Positions 40,701-49,022 of a stretch of DNA of 51,131 nt are shown piece after piece. Numbering within the stretch: the stretch's first letter is position 1; every line of letters begins with the position of its first letter. The notes under the pieces are model-generated. The model saw nothing but the letters and a program-made list of their open reading frames with translations. It was not told the origin of the DNA and searched no databases. The stretch lies in the NCBI GenBank assembly GCA_046597055.1, contig JBKJLC010000219.1:1-51131 (forward strand), written 5' to 3'. The DNA is from Kofleriaceae bacterium. Lineage in GTDB: Bacteria; Myxococcota_A; Polyangia; Haliangiales; Haliangiaceae. The translations under genes were made by a program, and so were the position numbers.

Positions 40701-41643
40701 CGGGCTGGCGCTGGTCGCGCCCGACGGCGCGCTCACCGCGGCCGCCCGCCGCGATCCCCGCCAGGCCGCGCTCCTGTTCAGCCACTGGGGCTGGGTCCGC
40801 ACCTACCAGAAGGGCGCGGATGATCACGACGGGATGGCGGCGTGCGAGCGCGCGGTCGAGCTGCTCGACGGGACCGCGCACCGGCGCGAGCTGGCCCACG
40901 CGCTGTCGCGGCTGGGCGGCGCGTACATGAGGGCCGGGCGCTGGGGCGACCAGCTGCGCGCCAACCAGCGCAACCTCGACATCGCGCTCGAGCTCGGCGA
41001 TCTCGAGGCGCAGATCACCGCGCGCATCAACCTCGGCCTGGTCCTGGGCAACCTCGGCGATCTCGCCGGCGCGATCGCGCACACCGAGCAGGCGGTCGAC
41101 CTGTGCCGGCGCACCGGTGCGCGGCCGGTCACCGGGCTGGCGCTGTCGAACCTCGCCGGCTACCTGCTCGAGCGCGGCGATCTGGCGGCGGGCGAGCGTC
41201 GGCTGACCGAGGGCATCCGGCTGCTCGAGCAGACCGGCCAGCGCCGGGTCCTGCCCGAGTCGCACCAGTTCGCCGCCCGGCTCGCCGCCCGCCGGGGCGA
41301 CCTGGCCGGCGCCCGCGTCGCGATCCAGACCGCGATCGGGATGGCGCGCGCCGCCGGCGCCGACGCCGACACCGGGGTCGGCCTCCGCATCCTGGCCCAG
41401 CTCGAGGCCGGCCGCGGCGACGCGGTTGCGGCCGAGGCCGCGCTGACCGAAGCCACCGCGCTGCTCGGCGACGCCGACGCGTACGAACGGGCCCGGCTCG
41501 ACGCGGCCCGGGCCCGGGTCTGGCGCCAGGCCGGCAAGGCGTCCGCCGCGGCCGCCGCGCGGGCCGCCGCGGCGCTGGTGTTCGAGCGCCTCGGCGCCCG
41601 GCTCGACCTGGCCGCGCTCGACGACGATCGCGATCCGCGCTGA
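37753..41643 (+). CDS. Ser/Thr kinase - degenerate class III cyclase - AAA (STAND-like) ATPase - TPR protein
   Basis: LGRGGMGEVY, HKDVKPDN, DFG, GTPSYVAPE; ALFGAPVSLGDDAMRAVRAA; GGGGSGKT, FDDVQWAD, GGNPFFLEEL, LVRDVAY; C-terminal TPR-like repeats. Confidence 0.92.
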   Translation: MSDDWPWRPRRPTAATVDEAATHTSVGPLDPRELRGVLLRGEVLAGRYRVGATLGRGGMGEVYAVDDLELDEEIALKLLRVELSAEAGYRERLRSEVRLARRVSHPNVCRVHDLGQHGEHLFVTMARVPGQSLRQLQRAIRAGVTSPLALPAVVDLVGQLCAALAAAHRAGVLHKDVKPDNILVDDGRVVLTDFGIASLAGELGERVVVGTPSYVAPEVVRGEACDGRADVYSAAVVAYELIAGAPPFEVRSMRDALRQAIEREAMPPLPDRAAEPGPRAALERVLAAALTTDPAERTATVGELAEGLAAALRVVDPPGDPGGTTPPVPTLKDAVTAVVARRRAEARIATVLAFHGDAVTSRDTTAPPGESTTGGGAGTEDAERIVIGLGGWPIAVGPGALTALFGAPVSLGDDAMRAVRAARALLATRPSGRAGIDTTRVMIRPGASEPVSPEVGRTAEALAASAPDGELWLSAAAARQVAAHVELAPAPDVLGARVLRVTGQRIAPPAARAMIARPRELARLEAVARACFESRTPRIVEVRGGGGSGKTHLRAAFMARVSERRDVDWLCAAAAPLGEAGPLSLLRTAAPDWYQVAGRVPGDRAGTLAVARRWIEDRAVVRPVAVMFDDVQWADEASRAVVAHLATHLEDLPVLVVVWSREPVGLPGTEVIELLPLDQATALRIAREAAPIASEDELAEVVQRAGGNPFFLEELAREVAERGGGADSTLPPTVEAAVQARLDRLSQAAAELLGAAAVVGRGFWRDAARAALPSPMADAELDVGLAELERLGLVFPAPPTGIDDDRYQFGQALVRDVAYQRLPPRDRRRAHAAVARWLAGELDATPTITGSITPTQGPAADPDLLWALAHHRELGGDLAGAAASWRIAGMRSLELFAYQQAYAALRRAWDLAGEGGGDAILAERLGEAASSAHTLEAAEAAYDSALAATPDHDAPTRARLWFRLGQVASARSDQTRALFCFERGLALVAPDGALTAAARRDPRQAALLFSHWGWVRTYQKGADDHDGMAACERAVELLDGTAHRRELAHALSRLGGAYMRAGRWGDQLRANQRNLDIALELGDLEAQITARINLGLVLGNLGDLAGAIAHTEQAVDLCRRTGARPVTGLALSNLAGYLLERGDLAAGERRLTEGIRLLEQTGQRRVLPESHQFAARLAARRGDLAGARVAIQTAIGMARAAGADADTGVGLRILAQLEAGRGDAVAAEAALTEATALLGDADAYERARLDAARARVWRQAGKASAAAAARAAAALVFERLGARLDLAALDDDRDPR

Positions 41644-41659
41644 GCCAGGTGGCGCTGCG

Positions 41660-42667
41660 CTACGCCGCGCGATCGGACGCCGGCGGCGGGGCCGGCTCGC
41701 GCAGGTAGGCGAGCAGCTTCACCTCGCGGCGCACGTGCGACACCAGATCGAGCACCAGGCCGGTCGCGAAGCTGACCGCGCCGGCGGTGGCCACGCCGGT
41801 GCACAGCACCGCGGTCGGGAGCCGCGGCACCAGGCCGGTGCGTTCGTACTCGATGACCAGCGGGAGACCGAGCGCGATCGCGATCCCGAAGAACCCGACC
41901 GCGACCAGCCCGAAGAACAGCAGCGGCCGCTCGTTGCGCATCAGGTTGAGGATGGTCAGCAGGATCTGCCAGCCGTCGCGGAAGGTGCGCAGCTTGGAGA
42001 TCGAGCCGGGCGGCCGCTCCTTGTAGCGGGTGTCGACCTCGGCGACCGCCATGCGCATCTGCAGCGCGTGCACGGTGAGCTCGGTCTCGATCTCGAACTC
42101 GCGCGCCGACGACGGGAAGCTCTTCACGAACCGCCGCGAGAACACCCGGAAGCCCGACAGCATGTCGTCGACCTGCGAGCCGAACAGCCGCCGGACCAGC
42201 CCGGTCAGGAACCGGTTGCCGAACCGGTGGCCGAGGCGATAGGCCTGCTGGTGGGTCTCGATCCGACGGCCGACCACCATGTCGAGGCACTCGGCCTGCA
42301 GGCGCTCGACCAGGGCCGGCGTGGCGGCTGCCTCGTAGGTGTCGTCGCCATCGACCATCACGTAGATGTCGGCCTCGATGTCCTTGAACATCCGCCGCAC
42401 CACGTTGCCCTTGCCGCGCCGGCGCTCGACCCGGACTACCGCCCCGGCCGCGGCCGCGACCTCGCTGGTGCGATCGGTCGAGGCGTTGTCGTAGACGTAG
42501 ATGGTCGCGGTCGGCAGCGCGGCGCGAAAGTCCGCGACCACCTTCGGGATCGCGGCTTCCTCGTTGAAGCATGGCACCAGGACCGCCACGCGCGGGCTGG
42601 TGTCGCCCGCGGCCGCCGGCACGCGGGAGCCGGGCCGGGCTGTCGGCGGTGCCAGGGACGTCGTCAC
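41660..42667 (-). CDS. Glycosyltransferase family 2 (DPM1-like) with two C-terminal TM helices
   Basis: LVPCFNEE, YDNASTD, GKG, MVDGDDTY, DMLSGFRVF, FEIETELT. Confidence 0.93.
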   Translation of the reverse strand: MTTSLAPPTARPGSRVPAAAGDTSPRVAVLVPCFNEEAAIPKVVADFRAALPTATIYVYDNASTDRTSEVAAAAGAVVRVERRRGKGNVVRRMFKDIEADIYVMVDGDDTYEAAATPALVERLQAECLDMVVGRRIETHQQAYRLGHRFGNRFLTGLVRRLFGSQVDDMLSGFRVFSRRFVKSFPSSAREFEIETELTVHALQMRMAVAEVDTRYKERPPGSISKLRTFRDGWQILLTILNLMRNERPLLFFGLVAVGFFGIAIALGLPLVIEYERTGLVPRLPTAVLCTGVATAGAVSFATGLVLDLVSHVRREVKLLAYLREPAPPPASDRAA

Positions 42668-42682
42668 GCTTGACCAGCGCCG

Positions 42683-42711
42683 GTAATGCCCCGTCCGGCC
42701 GGGGCTGTCAA
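42683..42711 (-). promoter_or_regulatory. Candidate sigma70 promoter of the GT2 gene (TTGACA-N17-CATTAC)
   Basis: Perfect -35 at 42706-42711, weak -10 at 42683-42688. Confidence 0.45.
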
Positions 42712-42838
42712 GGCGGGGCCGCCCGCGCGATCAGACGCTGTGATTCTTCGAATCCCACCCTCCCTTTCGATCGGTCGGCCGCGGCCCGGAGGCCGCGCCC
42801 GATCGGTACGGGACCAGCGTCGCCGCGCTTCGCGCGGC

Positions 42839-43711
42839 TCAGGCCTCGTGCAGCGCGGCCGCGGCCCGGCTCGCGCGCGTCTGCGCGTCGGTGAGCGCCG
42901 CCTCGGCGGTCTGGATCCGCTCGCGCAGGGTCTCGAGGGCGGCGCGCGCGGCGTCCAGGTTGTTGCGGAGGGCGGCGACCTCGGTCGTGCGCTGCTGCAC
43001 CGCCTGCGCCGCGGCGGCCGCCACTCGCTCGAGCCGGACTCGCTCGGCGGCGCGCGCGCGCGCGCGGCGCTCCTGTTCGGCCCGCTCGGCCCGCTCGCGC
43101 TCCTCGCGGGCGTCGCGCTCGTCGCGCTCGCGCTGCGCGCGCTCCGCGGCGGTCGGGGCGGTCGGGGCGGTCGCCGGCTCGGGCGCGGGCGGCGGCACCA
43201 GCGTCAGCCGCGGTCGCACGGGTGGCATCGCGGTCGCGGCCACCACCTCGAAGCCCGGCGGGTCACGGTCGTCGATCAGCCGGCCCGGGCGGTCGGGCTC
43301 GAACGAGCCGCTCGCCGACAGGGCTTGCAGCGTGGTCGCGACCCGCTGCAGGGTCGCGGGGCTGGCCACGTGCTCGTCGGTGACCAGCACCTGCGCGGCG
43401 CGCCCTCGCAGTCGCGCCAGCGCCGCGCGCTGGGCCTCGATGGCGGTGTGATCGCCACCGCGCACCCGGGCGCCCGCGGCCAGCAGCGCATCGAGGTCGT
43501 CGCGGGCCTCGCGGTACAGGCGGTTCACCACCCATGCGCTCATCTGGGGCCGGGCCAGCTTGGCGACCGCGGCCGCGGCCTTGCGCTCGCCGCGAGCGCG
43601 CAGCTCCTCGGCCCGGCGCTTGCGTTCGGCGGTGAACGCGGACAACGGCGCGCCGTAGAGCTCCTCCGCGGCCGCGTCGACCGCGGCCTCGACCTGGTCG
43701 GGTTCGGGCAC
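42839..43711 (-). CDS. Conserved hypothetical protein with C-terminal coiled coil
   Basis: ELYGAPLSAFTAERK...LARPQMSAWVVNRL...TLQA...GRL....PPGF resembles a widespread uncharacterised family; GTG start inferred. Confidence 0.75.
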   Translation of the reverse strand: MPEPDQVEAAVDAAAEELYGAPLSAFTAERKRRAEELRARGERKAAAAVAKLARPQMSAWVVNRLYREARDDLDALLAAGARVRGGDHTAIEAQRAALARLRGRAAQVLVTDEHVASPATLQRVATTLQALSASGSFEPDRPGRLIDDRDPPGFEVVAATAMPPVRPRLTLVPPPAPEPATAPTAPTAAERAQRERDERDAREERERAERAEQERRARARAAERVRLERVAAAAAQAVQQRTTEVAALRNNLDAARAALETLRERIQTAEAALTDAQTRASRAAAALHEA

Positions 43712-43828
43712 GTCGCGATGCTCGCATGGCGGCAGGGTCGCGGCGATCCTGGGCGCTGGCCGTCCCGCCCGCCCGCGACCATCCCCGCGCGGCCCCGCTC
43801 GGCGCGCGCAGTTGCCACACCGCCGCGC

Positions 43829-43844
43829 TGGCCCGCAGCATGCA
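43829..43844 (+). promoter_or_regulatory. Candidate sigma54 promoter upstream of the BON-domain gene
   Basis: TGGCCCGCAGCATGCA, GG-N10-GC spacing. Confidence 0.35.
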
Positions 43845-43985
43845 CACCTGAGGATCGCCGCCTGACGCGGTCCGGATCTGCAGCCCCCCGGCAGCTCGCG
43901 CGGGCGCGTGCCGTGGCACCAGCGCACAGCGGGCACGCCGGTCGTGCTCCGTGACTTTCCCTCCGCCGCCCCTACGAGGTCTCCC

Positions 43986-44219
43986 ATGCAACATCAGTCC
44001 GCTTCCCTCGCCGATCCCCGCGCTGCCCACGAGTCCCCGTCGCTCGTCGACGGGGACTCGCTCATCGACCTGAGCGACGTCACCTTCGCGCTGGACGGCA
44101 ACACCGCCGTGTTGACCGGGACCGTCGCCAACCAGAACGATCGTCGCACCATCCTGCTCTCGCTCGAGCTGGTGCCCGGGATCGATTCGATCGTCGACCT
44201 GCTGCGCCTGCGCGAGTAG
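43986..44219 (+). CDS. Small BON-domain protein
   Basis: DVTFALDGNTAVLTGTV...VPGIDSIVDLLRL; GAGGT RBS before ATG 43986. Confidence 0.75.
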   Translation: MQHQSASLADPRAAHESPSLVDGDSLIDLSDVTFALDGNTAVLTGTVANQNDRRTILLSLELVPGIDSIVDLLRLRE

Positions 44220-44271
44220 CCCGGGCGCCGCGCTTGTCGTGCCAGGCCGCACGCGGGCCGAGGCTGGCGCG

Positions 44272-45330
44272 CTAGATCCGCATCAGCGCCGCGCCCCAGT
44301 GGAGCCCGGCGCCGAGCGCGAGGAAACAAACCAGCTGGCCGGGCCGCATCTGCTCGTCGCGGCGCAGCTCGTCGACGAGGATCGGGATGGTCGCGCCCGA
44401 GGTGTTGCCGTACCGCGCGATGTTCGACGGCACCTTGGCCGCCGGCACGCCCAGCGCATTGCGGACCGCGTCGTTGATGCGGTCGTTGGCCTGGTGCGCG
44501 ACGAACCAGTCGACCTCGGACAGCGCGACCCCGTGGCGCGCACACAGCGCGCGCACCACCTGCGGCAGCTTGGTCACGGCGTCCTTGAACAGCTCGCGAC
44601 CCTCCATGCGCGGGAGGTGGAGCTCCTGCTCGATCATCCACGGCGCCAGGTGCGGACGGCGCTTGAATCCGCCGCCCTCGAGGTGCATACGCTTGGCGCC
44701 GTTGCCATCGGAGTGGACCTCCACGCCGAGCAGGCCGCTGCCGGGCTCGGTGTGCCGGCGCAGCACCAGCGCGCCCGCACCGTCGCCGAAGATCACGGAC
44801 AGCCCGCGGTGGCGGGTGGCGCGTTCGCGATCGACCGCGGACACCTCGCGGTCGGAGGTTCCTTCGACGACGTCCCAGTCGGTCCACGGCATGAAGCCGG
44901 CGTGGGTCTCGGCACCGACCACGAGGATGGTCGAGGCCGCGCCGGTCGCGCACAGGCCGTCGGCGATCTGGAAGGCGAACGGCATCGCCGCGCACTGCTG
45001 GCGGATGTCGAGCGCGGGCACGCCCGGGATGCCCAGCTTGGCGCCGAGCATGCCGCCCGGGCCGGGGAACGGCTGGTCGGGCGTCATCGTCGCGAAGATG
45101 ATGTAGTCGACGTCGGCCGGGGTCAGCCCGGCGTTGTCGAGCGCCTTGCGCGAGGCCTCGACCGCGAGGTCGCTGGCGCCGACGCCGTCGGGTGCGTAGT
45201 GGCGCTGCGCGATGCCGGTCCGTTGCCGGATCCAGGCATCGTCGGTATCCATGACCCGCGCGAGCGCCGAATTGAGGACCGGCTCGCCGGGGACGTGGCG
45301 TCCCGAGCCGACGATCGTGATGCCTGGCAT
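44272..45330 (-). CDS. fabH: 3-oxoacyl-ACP synthase III family
   Basis: WIRQRTGI, catalytic Cys (QQCAA), FGDGAGA, MEGRELFK, AHQAN, GNTSGATIP, GAGLHWG. Confidence 0.92.
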   Translation of the reverse strand: MPGITIVGSGRHVPGEPVLNSALARVMDTDDAWIRQRTGIAQRHYAPDGVGASDLAVEASRKALDNAGLTPADVDYIIFATMTPDQPFPGPGGMLGAKLGIPGVPALDIRQQCAAMPFAFQIADGLCATGAASTILVVGAETHAGFMPWTDWDVVEGTSDREVSAVDRERATRHRGLSVIFGDGAGALVLRRHTEPGSGLLGVEVHSDGNGAKRMHLEGGGFKRRPHLAPWMIEQELHLPRMEGRELFKDAVTKLPQVVRALCARHGVALSEVDWFVAHQANDRINDAVRNALGVPAAKVPSNIARYGNTSGATIPILVDELRRDEQMRPGQLVCFLALGAGLHWGAALMRI

Positions 45331-45437
45331 GGGGCGAAACCTACGGGATCCTCCGGCGCCCCGGGAGTGACCGAGCAACGCACGCGCGCGTTATGGCAAA
45401 AGCGTGACGGAGCTTCGGTCGGGCCGCCCGACGTGAC

Positions 45438-45716
45438 TCAGGCCTCGCCCATCCGCCCGCCCTTGCGCAGCTCGTCGAGCTGGCCGAGCAGGTGCATCTC
45501 CTCGAGGTGGGCCCGCAGGCCTGGCCGCGCCTCGACGTAGGCCGACCACGTGGTCTTCATCCAGTCATCGAGATCGACCCCGTTCTCGGCGCACAAGCTC
45601 GCCGCGCGGGTCAGCAGTTCCTCGACGAGCGAAGACCAGGTTGGCGTGGTCGCCACCGGCTGCTCCTCGTTCGCCGCGGTGTGCGCGACGTCCCTCGGGT
45701 TCAGGTTGGCTTGCAT
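45438..45716 (-). CDS. Small hypothetical protein (92 aa)
   Basis: GAGG RBS, helical protein-like sequence, candidate sigma54 site upstream. Confidence 0.7.
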   Translation of the reverse strand: MQANLNPRDVAHTAANEEQPVATTPTWSSLVEELLTRAASLCAENGVDLDDWMKTTWSAYVEARPGLRAHLEEMHLLGQLDELRKGGRMGEA

Positions 45717-45784
45717 AGGACCTCGTGTGACCGCGGATCTCGTGTGGAGAAACCAGGTGAACGCCGCCGTCGAGATGACGTGGT

Positions 45785-45800
45785 TGCAGGACACGGGCCA
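45785..45800 (-). promoter_or_regulatory. Candidate sigma54 promoter for the 92-aa protein gene
   Basis: Minus strand TGGCCCGTGTCCTGCA, GG-N10-GC spacing. Confidence 0.45.
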
Positions 45801-45994
45801 CGCGCCCGCGCGTTTGGTCGGCCGGGGCCAGGTCATGCAGATCGGGTGACTTGAGAGGACGCCGCGGTGCGCGGACTGGCCCAGCGTGCGCTTCCGACAC
45901 CCGCTCCGGCTCGGCGTGAGCTGGGTCAGCTGAGTGGCATTCTGGCCACGAACCCGCTTGTGAGCTGGGGGAGGTGCTCCTACGGTTCGCCCCG

Positions 45995-47185
45995 ATGGAG
46001 ACCTTCGACGCGATCGTCGTCGGTGGCGGGCCGGCCGGGAGCACCTGCGCGCGCGTGCTCACGCACGGCGGCGCGCGGGTGGTCGTCGTCGATCGGGCCA
46101 CCTTTCCCCGCGTGAAGCTGTGCGCTGGCTGGATCTCTGCCCCGATCTGGGACGTGCTCGAGCTGACGCCACGCGACTACCCCGCCGGGTTGTGGCCCTG
46201 GGAGACCTGCCACGTGCACTACCGCGGTCGTGGCCACGCCGTGTCGTGCCGCGGCTGGTTCATCCGGCGTTACGAGCTCGATGATCACCTGCTGCGCACC
46301 AGCGGCGCCGAGCTACGGCTCGGGACCGCGGTCAAGGGCCCCGAGCGCGACGGCGATGGCTTCTGGACGGTCGGCGGGCTCCGTGCGCGGCACCTGGTCG
46401 GCGCAGGGGGGACCCACTGTCCTGTCGCGCGGACCCTCGCGCCGTCGCGGCGGTCGGGGCCGGTTGGCGTGCAGGAGCTCGAGTTCCCGCTCGACCCGGC
46501 GGCGATCGCGCAGGCGCGGCCGGGCAAGGACGGCGAGCCCGAGCTGCTGCTCCACGACGATCTGCGCGGCTACGCGTGGAACGTGCCGAAGACCGACTGG
46601 GTCAACATCGGCGTCGGCACCCTCGATCCCACCCACGTGCGCGCCGCCTGGAGCCGCGCCCGCGCGCACTTCGCCAGCGCCGGCCACGTGCCGGCCGGCA
46701 CCGGCGACGCGCTCGATCACGTGAAGGGCCACTCGTACTACCTGTTCGATCCGCTGCACCTCGAGGGCGCGGCCCGGGCCGATCCCGACGGCAAGGGCGG
46801 CGTGTACCTGGTCGGCGACGCGCTGGGCCTGGCCCAGCCGCTGACCGCCGAGGGCATCCTGCCCGCGGCGCTGTCGGGCCGCGTGCTCGCCCAGGCGATC
46901 CTCGCCGGCGCTCCCGGGTCGTACCCGACCCGGCTGGCGACCCATCCGATCATCGCCGACTTCCGGCGGGTGCACCGCTTGCGCGAGGCCGCGGCCGCGC
47001 TGCGCCGGCGCCAGAGCGCGCCGCCGGCCGCCCGCGCGCCGTCGGGGCGGCGCTGGGCGCCGGTCGATCGCCTGGCCGGTCGTGCGATCGCCACCGGCTT
47101 CGCCTGGATGTTCTCGGGCGCCCGCTTGCCGGCGCCGCGCCTGGTCGACCTCGCGCTCGACACGCTCGCTCGGAGGTCCTCGTGA
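45995..47185 (+). CDS. FAD-dependent oxidoreductase, geranylgeranyl-reductase-like
   Basis: VVGGGPAG, FPRVKLCAG, IRRYELD, GYAW, LVGDALG...PLTAEGI. Confidence 0.88.
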   Translation: METFDAIVVGGGPAGSTCARVLTHGGARVVVVDRATFPRVKLCAGWISAPIWDVLELTPRDYPAGLWPWETCHVHYRGRGHAVSCRGWFIRRYELDDHLLRTSGAELRLGTAVKGPERDGDGFWTVGGLRARHLVGAGGTHCPVARTLAPSRRSGPVGVQELEFPLDPAAIAQARPGKDGEPELLLHDDLRGYAWNVPKTDWVNIGVGTLDPTHVRAAWSRARAHFASAGHVPAGTGDALDHVKGHSYYLFDPLHLEGAARADPDGKGGVYLVGDALGLAQPLTAEGILPAALSGRVLAQAILAGAPGSYPTRLATHPIIADFRRVHRLREAAAALRRRQSAPPAARAPSGRRWAPVDRLAGRAIATGFAWMFSGARLPAPRLVDLALDTLARRSS

Positions 47186-48339
47186 CCGGCTTCCCTGTCC
47201 GCAAGTTGTGGTCCGTCTTCGACGAGCGCCGCGGCGCCGATCTTTGCCGCGAGGTCCTGGGAAACGCCGGCATCACCGTCGGCGGCGATCAGCCCTGGGA
47301 CATGCAAGTCCATGACGAGCGGCTGTGGAACCGCCTGCTGCGCGAGGGCAGCATTGGCTTTGGCGAGTCGTACATGGACGGCTGGTGGGACACCCCGTCG
47401 CTGGATCAGCTGGTCGACAAGATGTTGCAGTCGCGGCTCGACCGCGAGCTGACCAGCAACTTCGTCTTCCTGGCGCACCTGGTGCGGGCGCGGCTGTTCA
47501 ACCCGCAGGTGCTGAGGCCGTTCGAGATCGCCGAGCGCCACTACGATATCGGCAACGACCTCTACGAGGCGATGCTCGATCCCCGCATGGTCTACACCTG
47601 CGGCTACTGGCAGGAGGCCACCACCCTCGACGCGGCCCAGGACGCCAAGCTCGACCTGGTGTGTCGCAAGCTCGGGCTCCAGCCGGGGATGCGCGTCCTC
47701 GAGCTGGGCTGTGGCTGGGGCGGCTTCGCGGCCTACGCCGCCGAGCACTACGGCGTCTCGGTGACCGCGTACACCGTGTCGAAGGAGCAGGTCGCGTGGA
47801 TCAAGGAGCGCCACGGTGACCAGCCGATCGACGTCCACCTCGACGATTACCGCAACGCCAAGGGCACCTTCGACGCGGTGGTGTCGATCGGCCTGATGGA
47901 GCACGTCGGTCCCAAGAACTACCGGGGCTACATGGAGCTGGTCGATCGTTGCCTGGCGCCCCACGGCGTCGGGTTCGTCCACACCATCGGCTCCAACCGC
48001 CCGCGCGACCGCATCGATCCCTGGTTCGATCGCCACATCTTCCCCAACGCGGCGTTCCCGACGCTGGGTCGGCTCACCGACGCGATGGAGGAGATCCTGA
48101 TCCCCGAGGACGTCCACAACATCGGGCCGCACTACGACCCGACCCTGATGGCGTGGTGGGCCAAGTTCGATGCGGCCTGGCCGGCGCTGCGCCCCCGCTA
48201 CGGCGAGCGCTTCTACCGGATGTGGAAGTTCTACCTGCTGGCCAGCGCCGGCTGCTTCCGGTCGCGGTTCCTGCAGCTGTTCCAGATCGTGTTCACGCGC
48301 CAGGGCGCGCCGCAGCCGTCGACCGCGCGCGCGCGCTGA
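47182..48339 (+). CDS. cfa: Cyclopropane-fatty-acyl-phospholipid synthase
   Basis: GESYMDGWW, HYDIGNDLY, YTCGYW, LELGCGWG, GLMEHVGPKNY, HTIG, RMWKFYL. GTGA overlap with the upstream gene. Confidence 0.94.
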   Translation: MTGFPVRKLWSVFDERRGADLCREVLGNAGITVGGDQPWDMQVHDERLWNRLLREGSIGFGESYMDGWWDTPSLDQLVDKMLQSRLDRELTSNFVFLAHLVRARLFNPQVLRPFEIAERHYDIGNDLYEAMLDPRMVYTCGYWQEATTLDAAQDAKLDLVCRKLGLQPGMRVLELGCGWGGFAAYAAEHYGVSVTAYTVSKEQVAWIKERHGDQPIDVHLDDYRNAKGTFDAVVSIGLMEHVGPKNYRGYMELVDRCLAPHGVGFVHTIGSNRPRDRIDPWFDRHIFPNAAFPTLGRLTDAMEEILIPEDVHNIGPHYDPTLMAWWAKFDAAWPALRPRYGERFYRMWKFYLLASAGCFRSRFLQLFQIVFTRQGAPQPSTARAR

Positions 48340-48375
48340 GGCGAGCGTCGCGAACCGGTCGGCGCCGGCCGAGCG

Positions 48376-48681
48376 TCACAGCACGAGCAGGACCGCGAGC
48401 CCGCCGGCGGCGGCGGTCAGCAGCGCGACCACCGCGACCCCGGCGCGATCGCGCACGCCGGCGGCGACCGGGCGGCGGTCGCGGGCGAACATCGGCTGGC
48501 CGCTGGCGATCGACAGCGGCACGATCTGCGACCAGCTCGCCGGCGGGGGCAGCACCCGCACCCGGATCGGCGGCGCGACCGAGCCGCGGGCCAGGCGGTG
48601 CCGCGCCAGCGAGGGCAGCCCCGGCACCGTGGGCGTCTCGGACGGGGCCGGCAGCAGCTCGGACAACAGGGCTTGGCGCAT
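48376..48681 (-). CDS. Small protein with C-terminal TM helix
   Basis: 101 aa with a hydrophobic C-terminus; TAGCGT lies 7 nt before the ATG. Confidence 0.6.
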   Translation of the reverse strand: MRQALLSELLPAPSETPTVPGLPSLARHRLARGSVAPPIRVRVLPPPASWSQIVPLSIASGQPMFARDRRPVAAGVRDRAGVAVVALLTAAAGGLAVLLVL

Positions 48682-48799
48682 GACGTCGACGCTACGCCCG
48701 GTCCTCCGGGTGGCCAAGAAACTGGCCGGCGCGGCCGGCGTGGGTCGCGGTGTTCCGAACTTGATCGCGGACTTGCCACGATCGGGACGTCCAGTCAGG

Positions 48800-48954
48800 T
48801 AAGTCGAACCCGACGGTCTTGCCGCGTAGACCAGCACCCGCTGGTCGGCATCGAGGATGTTGGCGCCGTGGCCGTACAGCACCTGGGCGAGGGACGCGAC
48901 GGTGCCCTTGCGATCGCGGCAGCTGACCAGGAGGCTGGCGAGGTGAGCGGTCAC
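48800..48954 (-). pseudogene. purU: Formyltetrahydrofolate deformylase remnant with large internal deletion
   Basis: PurU N-terminal ACT start (LLVSCRDRKGTVASLAQVLYGHGANILDADQ) joined directly to the PurU C-terminal RVLVY, then GKTVGFD in a shifted frame. Confidence 0.75.
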
Positions 48955-49022
48955 GTCCGCGATGGGACCCGCGCGGCGGCGCCGCCGCGGTGATGCCGCC
49001 TTGCTTCGCGCTAGGGTGGGGC

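Noticed and set aside
42690..42775. Complete tRNA gene
   Set aside because: Only a T-loop/3' fragment is present; no D arm, anticodon arm or pairing acceptor stem.
42839..43711. Transposase call for the coiled-coil hypothetical protein
   Set aside because: No DDE or HUH motifs, terminal inverted repeats or target-site duplications were seen.
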